A DNA stretch of 27,888 bases from a virus (lineage: Duplodnaviria > Caudoviricetes). The position numbers and the translations under genes are program-made. The first letter of the stretch is position 1. The number at the start of each line of letters is the position of its first letter. Under the pieces are notes generated by a model that had not been told where the DNA came from, searched no databases, and saw only the letters and a program-made list of their open reading frames with translations. The stretch is taken from positions 1 through 27,888 of IMG/VR virus record IMGVR_UViG_3300031519_000169, one strand, 5' to 3'. Shown here one piece after another: positions 1 to 7,447 of the stretch.

Positions 1-89
1 CTAATTCCTTTTTTTAAGAAAAAAGACCACCATCTATTACCATCATCCTCAAAGACAACATAAAGTTTAGTAGGTATTTTAGAAGACAT
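1..89 (-). CDS. Hypothetical protein, 5' part only (runs off the left edge)
   Basis: Not in the ORF track. ATG at 89 overlaps the terL end and reads MSSKIPTKLYVVFEDDGNRWWSFFLKKGI with no stop before the edge. Confidence 0.6.
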   Translation of the reverse strand, partial: MSSKIPTKLYVVFEDDGNRWWSFFLKKGI

Positions 90-1536
90 TAACTTTTATC
101 TTTGCAGTATGAGTCTTATCAAACCCACCAGCGCGAGCTAATGCAGAACGACCCTCTCCTTCTCCCTGTAAAGCGTACTCTAGTGCTTCTACTGGGTGAG
201 AGTATTCATTCTTATCTGGTTCATCAGTGTATCTCTCGCCTGTAGTCTGTACACGACGATAACAAAAGCCACCCTGTAGACCCTTTCTAATCATAGAGGC
301 TTTAGGCAGGACAATAAATCTAGGCTTACCGTCCATACACATTTCTTTCATAGGCACTTCTAGCGCGGCCCTACGCTTCATAGGATCGTTAGACACTGTA
401 GGTTGACAAGGGATGCCAGCGGCTCGCATAATCTGGAACGGAGTCTCAGAGTTAGATTGGTTCTTGTTGTTACCAGACGGATCACCCCATCCTTTAAACG
501 TGTGGTTAGGGTACATCTCTTCAATGTATCGTTTAAGACTAGGAGCAAAGTCAACAGCACCAGAGTCCGTTAATACAACCTCGTCAAAGCATACCCAACG
601 TCCAATCGATGTTCGTTGTAAGAAAGCACACGCAGGGGTACGTCCAAAGTCAAAGCCCAAAACAATAGGAGTATCTTTATCAGGCTTAAATTCCAAGTGT
701 TGACAGTGGACAGAATCGGTATACATAGGATGGACAGGTTTACCGTTAGACACAAAGCCGTATTCATTGGCTAGATTAACCTTAATCCAATCATCAGTCT
801 TTCCTTGTAGGCCCCTACGGTAATAACCTTCAGGTAGATTAAAAAGATTCTCTGCTTTTTCGTTGACTAACCAGTTCTCACCGTCTTTAATCACACCACC
901 AGCTTGACGATAGAAAGCCCAATCTTCAGGACGCTCTATCTCAGCTAGTTTAAAGTACCAATGGTCTTCATCAGGAGCGTTACTATCTCCTATTATGCCA
1001 TGGTGTGTAGGACGCGCACCTTCCTTGTTAGAGGGATAACGACCATGACGTAGATCAAGCATATCAAGGACAGCTTTAGAATGTTCTTTAGTCTCGTTTA
1101 ACCATACCCATGTAGTTTGGATACCCCTAGCTTTCTTAACGTGTTCAGGACGGTCAAAAGCAATGAATACAATGTCACACTCTACCCTAGTGCCATCTTC
1201 TAGCTTAAAGCGGATAAAGTGAGTAGGAGGCTCTTTGTTACCTTGTTTGAAGTCACCTAACTCACCGTGTATCTCTAGCCAATCCTTAATCGTAGTAGAG
1301 AACAGTTCGGAATAAGTATTACGTGCGGCAATGATACGAGATAAGCGAACACCATAGTTCTTATGTTGCTTATCCTTAACAGGCTCTTGCTCACACATTA
1401 GGTCAAATAATTTTAGAATACACTGAACAGTCTTACCAGAACCTAGAGGTCCCATGATGAAAGAGTTTCTTTCTCGACAATCGTTAAAATCTTGCAGAAC
1501 TTGGCCTTGAGCCATTAAGTTATATTCAATCTTCAT
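79..1536 (-). CDS. terL: Terminase large subunit
   Basis: 485 aa. Walker A GPLGSGKT, Walker B-like WVWLNE, coupling motif DSNAP, RNase H-like nuclease motifs LGFDFG, GDPSG and SHPVEALEY. Confidence 0.93.
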   Translation of the reverse strand: MKIEYNLMAQGQVLQDFNDCRERNSFIMGPLGSGKTVQCILKLFDLMCEQEPVKDKQHKNYGVRLSRIIAARNTYSELFSTTIKDWLEIHGELGDFKQGNKEPPTHFIRFKLEDGTRVECDIVFIAFDRPEHVKKARGIQTTWVWLNETKEHSKAVLDMLDLRHGRYPSNKEGARPTHHGIIGDSNAPDEDHWYFKLAEIERPEDWAFYRQAGGVIKDGENWLVNEKAENLFNLPEGYYRRGLQGKTDDWIKVNLANEYGFVSNGKPVHPMYTDSVHCQHLEFKPDKDTPIVLGFDFGRTPACAFLQRTSIGRWVCFDEVVLTDSGAVDFAPSLKRYIEEMYPNHTFKGWGDPSGNNKNQSNSETPFQIMRAAGIPCQPTVSNDPMKRRAALEVPMKEMCMDGKPRFIVLPKASMIRKGLQGGFCYRRVQTTGERYTDEPDKNEYSHPVEALEYALQGEGEGRSALARAGGFDKTHTAKIKVNVF

Positions 1537-1907
1537 TATTTTAACAAAGAATTATCTGGTTTTTGGGCTAACGGCCCTTGAGTAGCGCCACCTGCATTTG
1601 AACGCATTATAGCCGCATCTGTAGCTTCTTGATAAGCCCCAGCACCATAACGCGGAAACTGTTTGCCTGTTTCTTTTTCGTATTCTATAGAAAGCTGAAT
1701 GGCTTTTTTTAATTGGGTTTTGTTATTAGGGTCAAATAAAGTAGGTTTTCCTTTAGCGTCCCACCAAATAGTTGGAATATTCATAACTCCACCTTCTGGT
1801 GAATCTACAGTGCTTATGTACTCAGTAGATGGCCCACCTAAACCTACATCTTGAGGCTTATGTTTTTTAGGATCAAAAGGTTCTAATTGTTTATTAAGCA
1901 GTGGCAT
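1536..1907 (-). CDS. Hypothetical protein, 123 aa
   Basis: SD-like AGGA upstream and TAATG coupling to terL. Ends in NSLLK. Confidence 0.7.
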   Translation of the reverse strand: MPLLNKQLEPFDPKKHKPQDVGLGGPSTEYISTVDSPEGGVMNIPTIWWDAKGKPTLFDPNNKTQLKKAIQLSIEYEKETGKQFPRYGAGAYQEATDAAIMRSNAGGATQGPLAQKPDNSLLK

Positions 1908-1915
1908 AATTTTTC

Positions 1916-2107
1916 CTAATTAGTAGACTTAATGTAACTCTTACCAGTGTACGACCAATCAATAGCATCGTAATTAGACTTGTATACTGTTCTACTTTCT
2001 ACTGTAGACTTTCTAGCATGACTACCCTTACCACCATTAGACTCAGGAAAATGTCTATTACGAGTCTCTTTGTCTAACTTATGAATCAAATTCTTACCAT
2101 TTGCCAC
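1916..2107 (-). CDS. Small hypothetical phage protein (GGKGS..R...Y..NYD.I type)
   Basis: 63 aa, GAGGA SD, overlaps the upstream ORF. The motif resembles small proteins I recall from marine phages. Confidence 0.65.
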   Translation of the reverse strand: MANGKNLIHKLDKETRNRHFPESNGGKGSHARKSTVESRTVYKSNYDAIDWSYTGKSYIKSTN

Positions 2108-2276
2108 AAATACAATCCTCTTCTAAGCAGGAACACTCTACAGACATCTTTTCGTTAACAAGATATAAGACCTCATTCATCGAATAAGAATCCTTATCAA
2201 TTAAAGCTAAACAAAAGGCTTCTATTAATTCGTAATCCGAATCACTCACAACTTCATCTGTATTTAAACTAATCAT
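2094..2276 (-). CDS. Small acidic hypothetical protein with Cys-rich C-terminus (CSC-x4-CIC)
   Basis: Start moved to ATG 2276 (MISLNT), which makes an ATGA overlap with the upstream stop and has GGAG upstream. Confidence 0.6.
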   Translation of the reverse strand: MISLNTDEVVSDSDYELIEAFCLALIDKDSYSMNEVLYLVNEKMSVECSCLEEDCICGKW

Positions 2277-2479
2277 TCCCCATCTTCTCCTAACCAATCT
2301 CTCATTACAAGTGTTTTTGCCAATTCTAAGTAAAACACCTCCTGTTCGCTTGTAAGGGTACTTCCTATCTCTACCCCTACATCGGCTACCGAAATAAGAA
2401 TAAAGTCCTTAGAACGGCTTATATGAGCTTCTACGGCATCTCTCAGTGTGTCTTTAGGGTTGGGTAACTGTAAAATCAT
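2273..2479 (-). CDS. Hypothetical protein, 68 aa
   Basis: Start moved to ATG 2479 (MILQLPNP), because the longer track start crosses a low-complexity non-coding element. Confidence 0.6.
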   Translation of the reverse strand: MILQLPNPKDTLRDAVEAHISRSKDFILISVADVGVEIGSTLTSEQEVFYLELAKTLVMRDWLGEDGE

Positions 2480-2540
2480 AATTTTTTTTCGCGGGGGACA
2501 TATATACATACATAACACGCGCTCTCGGAGGGGGGGGTGC
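2480..2540. other. Low-complexity element (T8, G5, TA-rich, G8) directly after terS; candidate packaging/terminus signal
   Basis: ATTTTTTTTCGCGGGGGACATATATACATACATAACACGCGCTCTCGGAGGGGGGGGTGC. Function is inferred from position only. Confidence 0.35.
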
Positions 2541-2846
2541 CTACTCAGCTACATCATTAGCCGATCCGTCGTATTTCTTGCGCTGTATGCTCACTGTCAG
2601 TCCGTTGTCACCTGTACTGATCTCTGTGGCCTTTAGTTTAGGTGTGACGAACTCTGCGATCTTACCCCATGCGTGGATAGATTCCTTCTGGTTGGTGACG
2701 CTAGGGTCTTCTAGTGCCAGTTGATCCAGTGTTGCGGCCTGCTCCGCCATCCTCATGACCGGATCGAAGTCTTTGCCGTACATATCTTTGAGCCTATTCA
2801 ATAAAAAGGCCTTGTTTTTACCTAATGCTCCCTTGGGACGTGCCAT
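2541..2846 (-). CDS. terS: Putative terminase small subunit
   Basis: 101 aa. N-terminal ARPKG, helical middle, C-terminal PKLKATE. AGAGGA SD. First gene of the operon leading to terL. Confidence 0.7.
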   Translation of the reverse strand: MARPKGALGKNKAFLLNRLKDMYGKDFDPVMRMAEQAATLDQLALEDPSVTNQKESIHAWGKIAEFVTPKLKATEISTGDNGLTVSIQRKKYDGSANDVAE

Positions 2847-2892
2847 ATCGTGTAATCCTCTAGTTTTTTAATTCATACCCCATTGATTCAAT

Positions 2893-2930
2893 TGATCATT
2901 TTTTAACCAACATGCTCATTATTTGACCAA
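2893..2930. repeat. Two imperfect 18-bp direct repeats, each with dyad TGnTCA-N5-TRACCA
   Basis: TGATCATTTTTTAACCAA (2893-2910) and TGCTCATTATTTGACCAA (2913-2930): 15/18 identical, 20-bp period. Confidence 0.7.
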
Positions 2931-2940
2931 TTATACATCA
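2930..2940 (-). promoter_or_regulatory. Candidate late promoter -10 for the terS-terL operon
   Basis: TGATGTATAAT on the minus strand with no consensus -35. Confidence 0.5.
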
Positions 2941-2999
2941 TTTACCCCCTTTATATGCCATTTAGTTCTATTAATCTAAGTTTAAATAAACATTCAGTA

Positions 3000-3027
3000 T
3001 TGACACAACGTAAAGTATGTATAGAAT
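3000..3027 (+). promoter_or_regulatory. Sigma70 early promoter
   Basis: TTGACA-16 nt-TAGAAT, AT-rich upstream, about 30 nt before ATG 3060. Confidence 0.75.
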
Positions 3028-3059
3028 AGATAGCACACACACAGAGAGAGAATAATAAA

Positions 3060-3461
3060 ATGACTATACAAATACACGGACTAGAGTACTTCACTTACTG
3101 CGAAACAATGGGCCTATCCAAATGTTTTAAGGCATTGGCTAAAATTGCGGATAAATGTGTAATGGATGATTGCATCGGCTTTAATGCTAACAGCGGTTAT
3201 GTATACATTGCATTAGAGGACGGTATTACCATCGCCAGTATGTTAGGGCGTGACGTTGAGTACATAGTTACCGATTATAACGACGGTGAGGAATTTTTCT
3301 TTGATACATACAAGGAAGCCGAAGCAAAGCTTGAAGAAATGAGCGGTGAAGAAGAAGAAGAAGAAGAAGCAACACCCGAAAAGTTCGAGACTGTACTACT
3401 TGAAGGTGCAGAGCTTGAAGCATATATTGCAACACGTTTTAATAATGAGGTGACAGCATGA
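3060..3461 (+). CDS. Acidic early hypothetical protein
   Basis: 133 aa with a poly-Glu tract (GAA x7). First gene after the early promoter. Confidence 0.8.
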   Translation: MTIQIHGLEYFTYCETMGLSKCFKALAKIADKCVMDDCIGFNANSGYVYIALEDGITIASMLGRDVEYIVTDYNDGEEFFFDTYKEAEAKLEEMSGEEEEEEEATPEKFETVLLEGAELEAYIATRFNNEVTA

Positions 3462-3649
3462 ACAAACGAGCATTAATGAGCGTACAGGTAATAGATTTTT
3501 ATCTTGATTGGTTCAATAACTACCTTACAGTGGATAAAATAGCTGAACATCACGGGCTTGATGTGGATGATGCAAAAGCACTGATTAGCATGGGGCGATA
3601 TATGCACCATAGGCACGTTGAAATGATGAATAGAGAGGTGACAGCATGA
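3458..3649 (+). CDS. Early hypothetical protein, possible HTH-like
   Basis: 63 aa, GAGG SD, ATGA coupling, LTVDKIAEHHGLDVDDA segment. Confidence 0.75.
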   Translation: MNKRALMSVQVIDFYLDWFNNYLTVDKIAEHHGLDVDDAKALISMGRYMHHRHVEMMNREVTA

Positions 3650-3849
3650 GCAACCAAATAGGTAAGCAATACAAAACGCGTGGTAAGCATCCTAGACTAT
3701 GTACAGTGATCGACGTACATACAACATACAACCAAGCAGGCGACATAGTAAAGATTCGCCATGTATCAGAGCATGACTTTCTAGGTCAAAAAGTGATCGA
3801 CAGAGACGTATCTATAACAACTATTTTAATGAATGAGGTTACAGCATGA
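3646..3849 (+). CDS. Early hypothetical protein
   Basis: 67 aa, GAGG SD, ATGA coupling. Confidence 0.75.
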   Translation: MSNQIGKQYKTRGKHPRLCTVIDVHTTYNQAGDIVKIRHVSEHDFLGQKVIDRDVSITTILMNEVTA

Positions 3850-4013
3850 AACTTACAGACAACAGAATAGCGGCTCAAAATAGGGCCGCTCGATACCTAG
3901 CACAAAAGCAGTTTGAACAAGATCAGAAGCAACACCGCGACATGGATAGATTCATGGCGTTCGTATGTGGAATATCTGTCTGCGTTATTGTTCACTTTTT
4001 GGGGGCGTTGTAA
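3846..4013 (+). CDS. 55-aa early protein with C-terminal transmembrane segment
   Basis: Not in the track. MKLTDNRIAAQNRAARYLAQKQFEQDQKQHRDMDRFMAFVCGISVCVIVHFLGAL, coupled at both ends (ATGA, TAATG). Confidence 0.75.
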   Translation: MKLTDNRIAAQNRAARYLAQKQFEQDQKQHRDMDRFMAFVCGISVCVIVHFLGAL

Positions 4014-4216
4014 TGAGCCAGAAGCAGAGAATACTTGATTACTTAGAGCGTGGGTATACATTAACACGCCTCAACTCTTGGGAGCTGTTAGGGGTGTTAG
4101 AATGTCCTGCTAGGATATGCGAGCTTAAACAGGACGGCTACGACATAAAGACGGAACGGATGACAATCAAAAACAAATTTGGCGAGAAAGTATCAATCGC
4201 TAAATGGAGGCTATAA
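4013..4216 (+). CDS. Winged HTH protein (HTH_39-like)
   Basis: Start moved to 4013 (TAATG). SQKQRILDYL..G.TLT......G....ARI.EL...GYDI pattern. Confidence 0.8.
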   Translation: MSQKQRILDYLERGYTLTRLNSWELLGVLECPARICELKQDGYDIKTERMTIKNKFGEKVSIAKWRL

Positions 4217-4473
4217 TGACTAAGATAAATAATTACATTGTAAAATGCACCGCTGTAATCACTGAAACAAGAGAATATATAGTTCAAGCAACTAACGAAA
4301 AAGAAGCCGTTGATATTGTTTTAGCGGATGGAAAGCAAGACAAAACAAGAATGTCAGCCAGTGCTCTATGGTATGCAACAGAGGAGAATTTGTATCATTG
4401 CCATGCTAGCGTTACTGGTGAAACAACTCCAGAACACGCTAAAGGACATCTAGGGGAATATTACCAACAATAA
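4216..4473 (+). CDS. Hypothetical protein, 85 aa
   Basis: Start moved to 4216 (TAATG, GGAGG SD). Confidence 0.7.
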   Translation: MTKINNYIVKCTAVITETREYIVQATNEKEAVDIVLADGKQDKTRMSASALWYATEENLYHCHASVTGETTPEHAKGHLGEYYQQ

Positions 4474-4490
4474 CCATATCCCTGCCATTT

Positions 4491-4513
4491 GCCCCAGTAA
4501 TTGGGGCTTTTTT
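4491..4513 (+). terminator. Intrinsic terminator closing the early cassette
   Basis: GCCCCAG-TAA-TTGGGGC followed by T6. Confidence 0.85.
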
Positions 4514-4520
4514 ATGCCTG

Positions 4521-5288
4521 TTACTTTCCTTGATACTTCTTTCTGAGATAATTCATTGATATCGGCAATTCATCAAAGCCACCGTTACCCACCTCGTGTA
4601 GCATCCACACACCACGCCATGACCCATTAGTCTGAGCGTTTAGATACTCTTCGTCATGTTGGTAGAAAATACCAGAGAACAAGCCAGTGAGATTAACCCC
4701 ATCGGCTCGCCTAGCGTAAGAAATAGACCTATCCTGTACATGACCCATCACTGCGGACATGTGACGCTTAGACAGCAAAGCGTTGGCACTAGCCACTGGT
4801 CTACCCATGACACCAGAGGTAAAATAATGAGAGTATGCGATTTGGTCAATCACTACCACTTCAAGAAAGTCGTAAACCTCAAACCCTGCCTCTTCTAATT
4901 TTAAATCCTTGTATCCGATCAATCCCTCTAGCTTGGGGTCGCTTTCTATGGCACGTTCAATACGGTTTTCATGGTTTCCAATGGTATAGACCATGCGTGG
5001 ATTCCATCGCTTGTCCTTGTTTCGTATGAGCCGTTGTTGTTCCTGTCTGATAGGTGCTAGGAATACGTCCATTGCAGAGATTCCTGCCTCGATATCATCC
5101 TTGTATCTGCGACCTTCAAAGGATTTCTTCCCGACATCCCATGATGACAGACTAGGCATATCAAAATGATCGCCAATATGCACAATGACTTCGGGTTTTT
5201 TCTCTGCGGCATAGAGTCCGGCCCATCTAAGATGGTCAGTAGGTGAATTAGGTTTGACTTGAGTATCTGGGATTACTAAATGTTTCAT
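4521..5288 (-). CDS. Calcineurin-like metallophosphoesterase
   Basis: Motifs PDTQ, GDHFD, GNHE, SH and GHVQ. Confidence 0.88.
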   Translation of the reverse strand: MKHLVIPDTQVKPNSPTDHLRWAGLYAAEKKPEVIVHIGDHFDMPSLSSWDVGKKSFEGRRYKDDIEAGISAMDVFLAPIRQEQQRLIRNKDKRWNPRMVYTIGNHENRIERAIESDPKLEGLIGYKDLKLEEAGFEVYDFLEVVVIDQIAYSHYFTSGVMGRPVASANALLSKRHMSAVMGHVQDRSISYARRADGVNLTGLFSGIFYQHDEEYLNAQTNGSWRGVWMLHEVGNGGFDELPISMNYLRKKYQGK

Positions 5289-5294
5289 AGAATC

Positions 5295-5369
5295 TCACTT
5301 TAATATTAAATCATCCTTTGCAATGGCGACTAGTCCGCACACTACAACTATTATGCAATAAGTTATCAT
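5295..5369 (-). CDS. 24-aa hydrophobic micropeptide
   Basis: Not in the track. MITYCIIVVVCGLVAIAKDDLILK with GAGG SD, just downstream of a promoter. Confidence 0.6.
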   Translation of the reverse strand: MITYCIIVVVCGLVAIAKDDLILK

Positions 5370-5396
5370 TTGAGCCTCGTTATGTTATGAAGCGCG

Positions 5397-5426
5397 ATTA
5401 TACTTACTGCCCATTCCTATTGGTAA
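5397..5426 (-). promoter_or_regulatory. Internal promoter for the micropeptide and phosphoesterase
   Basis: TTACCA-18 nt-TATAAT on the minus strand in an intergenic gap. Confidence 0.55.
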
Positions 5427-5458
5427 TGACTTCTGACTATAAGCGATATGCCAAAAGG

Positions 5459-5767
5459 TTATTTACTCCACGTTTGCAGTCGTTCTATCTCAGCATCTAT
5501 GTAAAACTTGATCTTCTTTGCATCTCTCAACTGGTCGCTATGTGATGCCGAACCGTAACGGTAGCATGATCGGAATATCTCCCCCATCTGCGCGTTCATA
5601 TTTTTATAAGAGATCAGGTGTTGTAGTTCAGTGGCGTTATTAGGCAATTCATAATAACTTGCTGTACTGCCATCGCTTACACTTAGCTTTAAACTTAGGT
5701 CAGTTACAATCGCAGGGTGTTCTTCTTTTAATCTTGCCCATTCTTCTTCAGTAACTTTATTTTCCAT
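5459..5767 (-). CDS. DUF3310/SaV-like (T7 gp1.7-related) protein
   Basis: GSTASYY...GEIFRSCYRYG......RDAKKIKFYIDAEI resembles the family pattern G...KY..R...K....DL.KA..Y. AAGGAG SD. Confidence 0.55.
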   Translation of the reverse strand: MENKVTEEEWARLKEEHPAIVTDLSLKLSVSDGSTASYYELPNNATELQHLISYKNMNAQMGEIFRSCYRYGSASHSDQLRDAKKIKFYIDAEIERLQTWSK

Positions 5768-5860
5768 TGCTTTTCTCCTTATTAATTAGCTCGTTTTTTG
5801 GCATCAGTGAGCCACGCTGACCAGATTGTTCCGCCTATCACATCGCTAAATATGATTCTT

Positions 5861-6154
5861 TTAAAACGGTATGTCTTCGTCTATAACAGTTTTGCTTTGT
5901 GGTGCAGATTGTGGTGCAGATTGTGCGCCATCGGTGAAAAACACCTTAACATTTCCTAGAATTGGAGTCTGTACACCCTGCTCGCGCTCTTCTTTGTCTA
6001 CGCTTTGGCTGATAAAACCGTTGTTTTCGTATTGATCTTGCTGATCTGTGTCTACAAACGTAGTTAGATCAAGGTAAGTACCCTTTGCCCCTGCATACAG
6101 GCGAGCTTTGTCGATCTTTGTAACGTCAATTCGTACTGATAAACCTATTTTCAT
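5861..6154 (-). CDS. Putative phage single-stranded DNA-binding protein
   Basis: 97 aa, follows sak-exo, has a Q/S/A/P linker (12-bp tandem repeat near 5897-5925) and the SSB-like tail DEDIPF. Confidence 0.65.
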   Translation of the reverse strand: MKIGLSVRIDVTKIDKARLYAGAKGTYLDLTTFVDTDQQDQYENNGFISQSVDKEEREQGVQTPILGNVKVFFTDGAQSAPQSAPQSKTVIDEDIPF

Positions 6155-6750
6155 GCTAATTTCTCCGTTTCGTTAATAATAATTGTAACAGCTTTGTCTA
6201 TTTCAGCCGCTAATTTTTCAATATACTCGTCGTCCCTCTCCACCCTGATAAGTAGGTGAGGCAAAGTCTCAGAGTACGCCATTAAATCCCACCACTTAGC
6301 ACCAGTAATCATCATACAGCCCATGATTTGTTGCTTATACTTGGTGACAAATGTTTTGTTGTTGCGATGATAGCCTATCATTGTCGAGTCAGCTGGACAT
6401 TTTATCTCTAATCCGCCATTTTTGTCCACTAGACCATCAGGTGAGCATCCAAACTCTTCAGAAGCATCCAAGATAAACCCATATTCGGTTACTTTTTGCT
6501 CAGTTATAAACTCGTAATGCTCTCTGGCTTCTGGTTCGAGCCTTGTTCCACGCTCCATATGCTCATTGACGTAGATAGGGACGCGAATGCCATTCAACCT
6601 TTCAGCTATTAGCTCGTTTATGTAGGTATCAGCACTAGCACTGGGCTTTCCTGCCGACGTTATGAGCTTGTTAAACATGGAAGCGGATGGTCTGCCTAAT
6701 CTACTGGCAAACCACTCGTCACTTCCCTGCTCATGGTCTAAGATAATCAC
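6151..6750 (-). CDS. YqaJ/lambda-exonuclease family recombination nuclease
   Basis: QGSDEWFASR...SAS, G..LEPEAR, CSPDGL and LEIKCP motifs. Confidence 0.92.
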   Translation of the reverse strand: MIILDHEQGSDEWFASRLGRPSASMFNKLITSAGKPSASADTYINELIAERLNGIRVPIYVNEHMERGTRLEPEAREHYEFITEQKVTEYGFILDASEEFGCSPDGLVDKNGGLEIKCPADSTMIGYHRNNKTFVTKYKQQIMGCMMITGAKWWDLMAYSETLPHLLIRVERDDEYIEKLAAEIDKAVTIIINETEKLA

Positions 6751-7286
6751 TTGTTAGCCTTTGCCTTCAGCGCACTAACAGCCTTAGAGTAATGTACAGC
6801 TAACATTTCATCGACTGAGCTAGTTTTGAAGTGTTGTAAAAATACTTTAACATCCACACTATGCTCCGCTAATAGTCCCTTGATCTCTGCGGCTTGATCT
6901 TCTGACACTACAGCAGTTTGTACGGCTTGCGGTAAGTCTTCCCCTGCATAGATGTAAGCTCCTAGACCATGCATGGCGATAGCTTTCACCAAACACCGCA
7001 TACGAGCGTCTGAAATGTCCCTAGAGCTAGGGTTAACAATAGATTTGTTGCGATTATCCATTACTGGTAGCCACATAGAATGCGTTTTACCCTCTACCGT
7101 GACAGAAACATTCACCTCACAAGTGCCATTTTCTAAAAACGATGGTGGACAGTAAGTGTAACTCGACTCAGGGTAATGCTCGTTCAGTGTTGACCACGCC
7201 CATGCCCATGATAGATAGGATAGGTTGCCTTTTTTCTCAATGTTCTTTGATACGTCTATTGCTGATAATGTTTTCCAAGTATTCAT
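6747..7286 (-). CDS. sak: Sak/DUF1071 (Rad52-like) ssDNA annealing protein
   Basis: IEKKGNLSYLSWAWAW, LPVMDNRNK and RCLVKAIAMHGLGAYIYAGED motifs. Confidence 0.88.
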   Translation of the reverse strand: MNTWKTLSAIDVSKNIEKKGNLSYLSWAWAWSTLNEHYPESSYTYCPPSFLENGTCEVNVSVTVEGKTHSMWLPVMDNRNKSIVNPSSRDISDARMRCLVKAIAMHGLGAYIYAGEDLPQAVQTAVVSEDQAAEIKGLLAEHSVDVKVFLQHFKTSSVDEMLAVHYSKAVSALKAKANK

Positions 7287-7447
7287 TACTTACTCCCTGC
7301 TGATTGGTTCTGCTCTAGCACATATCGTGCGCCATAGCCTATATAGTATGCGTCTGACTCGTCCTCTCTGACAGTTTCGCCACGTTGACAGTCATAGTTG
7401 CCACGGTCAAGGTCATTTAAAAACTCAATATCGGTTCTGTTATTCAT
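7286..7447 (-). CDS. 53-aa hypothetical protein
   Basis: Not in the track. MNNRTDIEFLNDLDRGNYDCQRGETVREDESDAYYIGYGARYVLEQNQSAGSK, with ATGA and TAATG coupling at the ends. Confidence 0.75.
   Translation of the reverse strand: MNNRTDIEFLNDLDRGNYDCQRGETVREDESDAYYIGYGARYVLEQNQSAGSK

Larger units (their letters stand above)
3447..3849 (+). repeat. Three copies of the gene-junction repeat GAGGT(G/T)ACAGCATGA
   Basis: Copies at 3447-3461, 3635-3649 and 3835-3849. Each is SD + ATG + overlapping TGA, so three ORFs end in EVTA. Confidence 0.92.

Noticed and set aside
3447-3849. Junction repeats as a CRISPR array or attC sites
   Set aside because: Only 15 bp, spacers are whole coupled genes, no attC-like hairpin, and no cas or integrase gene.
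5768-5860. Intergenic hairpin (TCAGTG/CGCTGA) as a terminator or hammerhead ribozyme
   Set aside because: No U tail follows the stem on either strand, and the CUGANGA/GAAA core is incomplete. The gap is left unexplained.
5897-5925. 12-bp tandem repeat as a regulatory element
   Set aside because: It is in frame and encodes the QSAP linker of the SSB-like protein.
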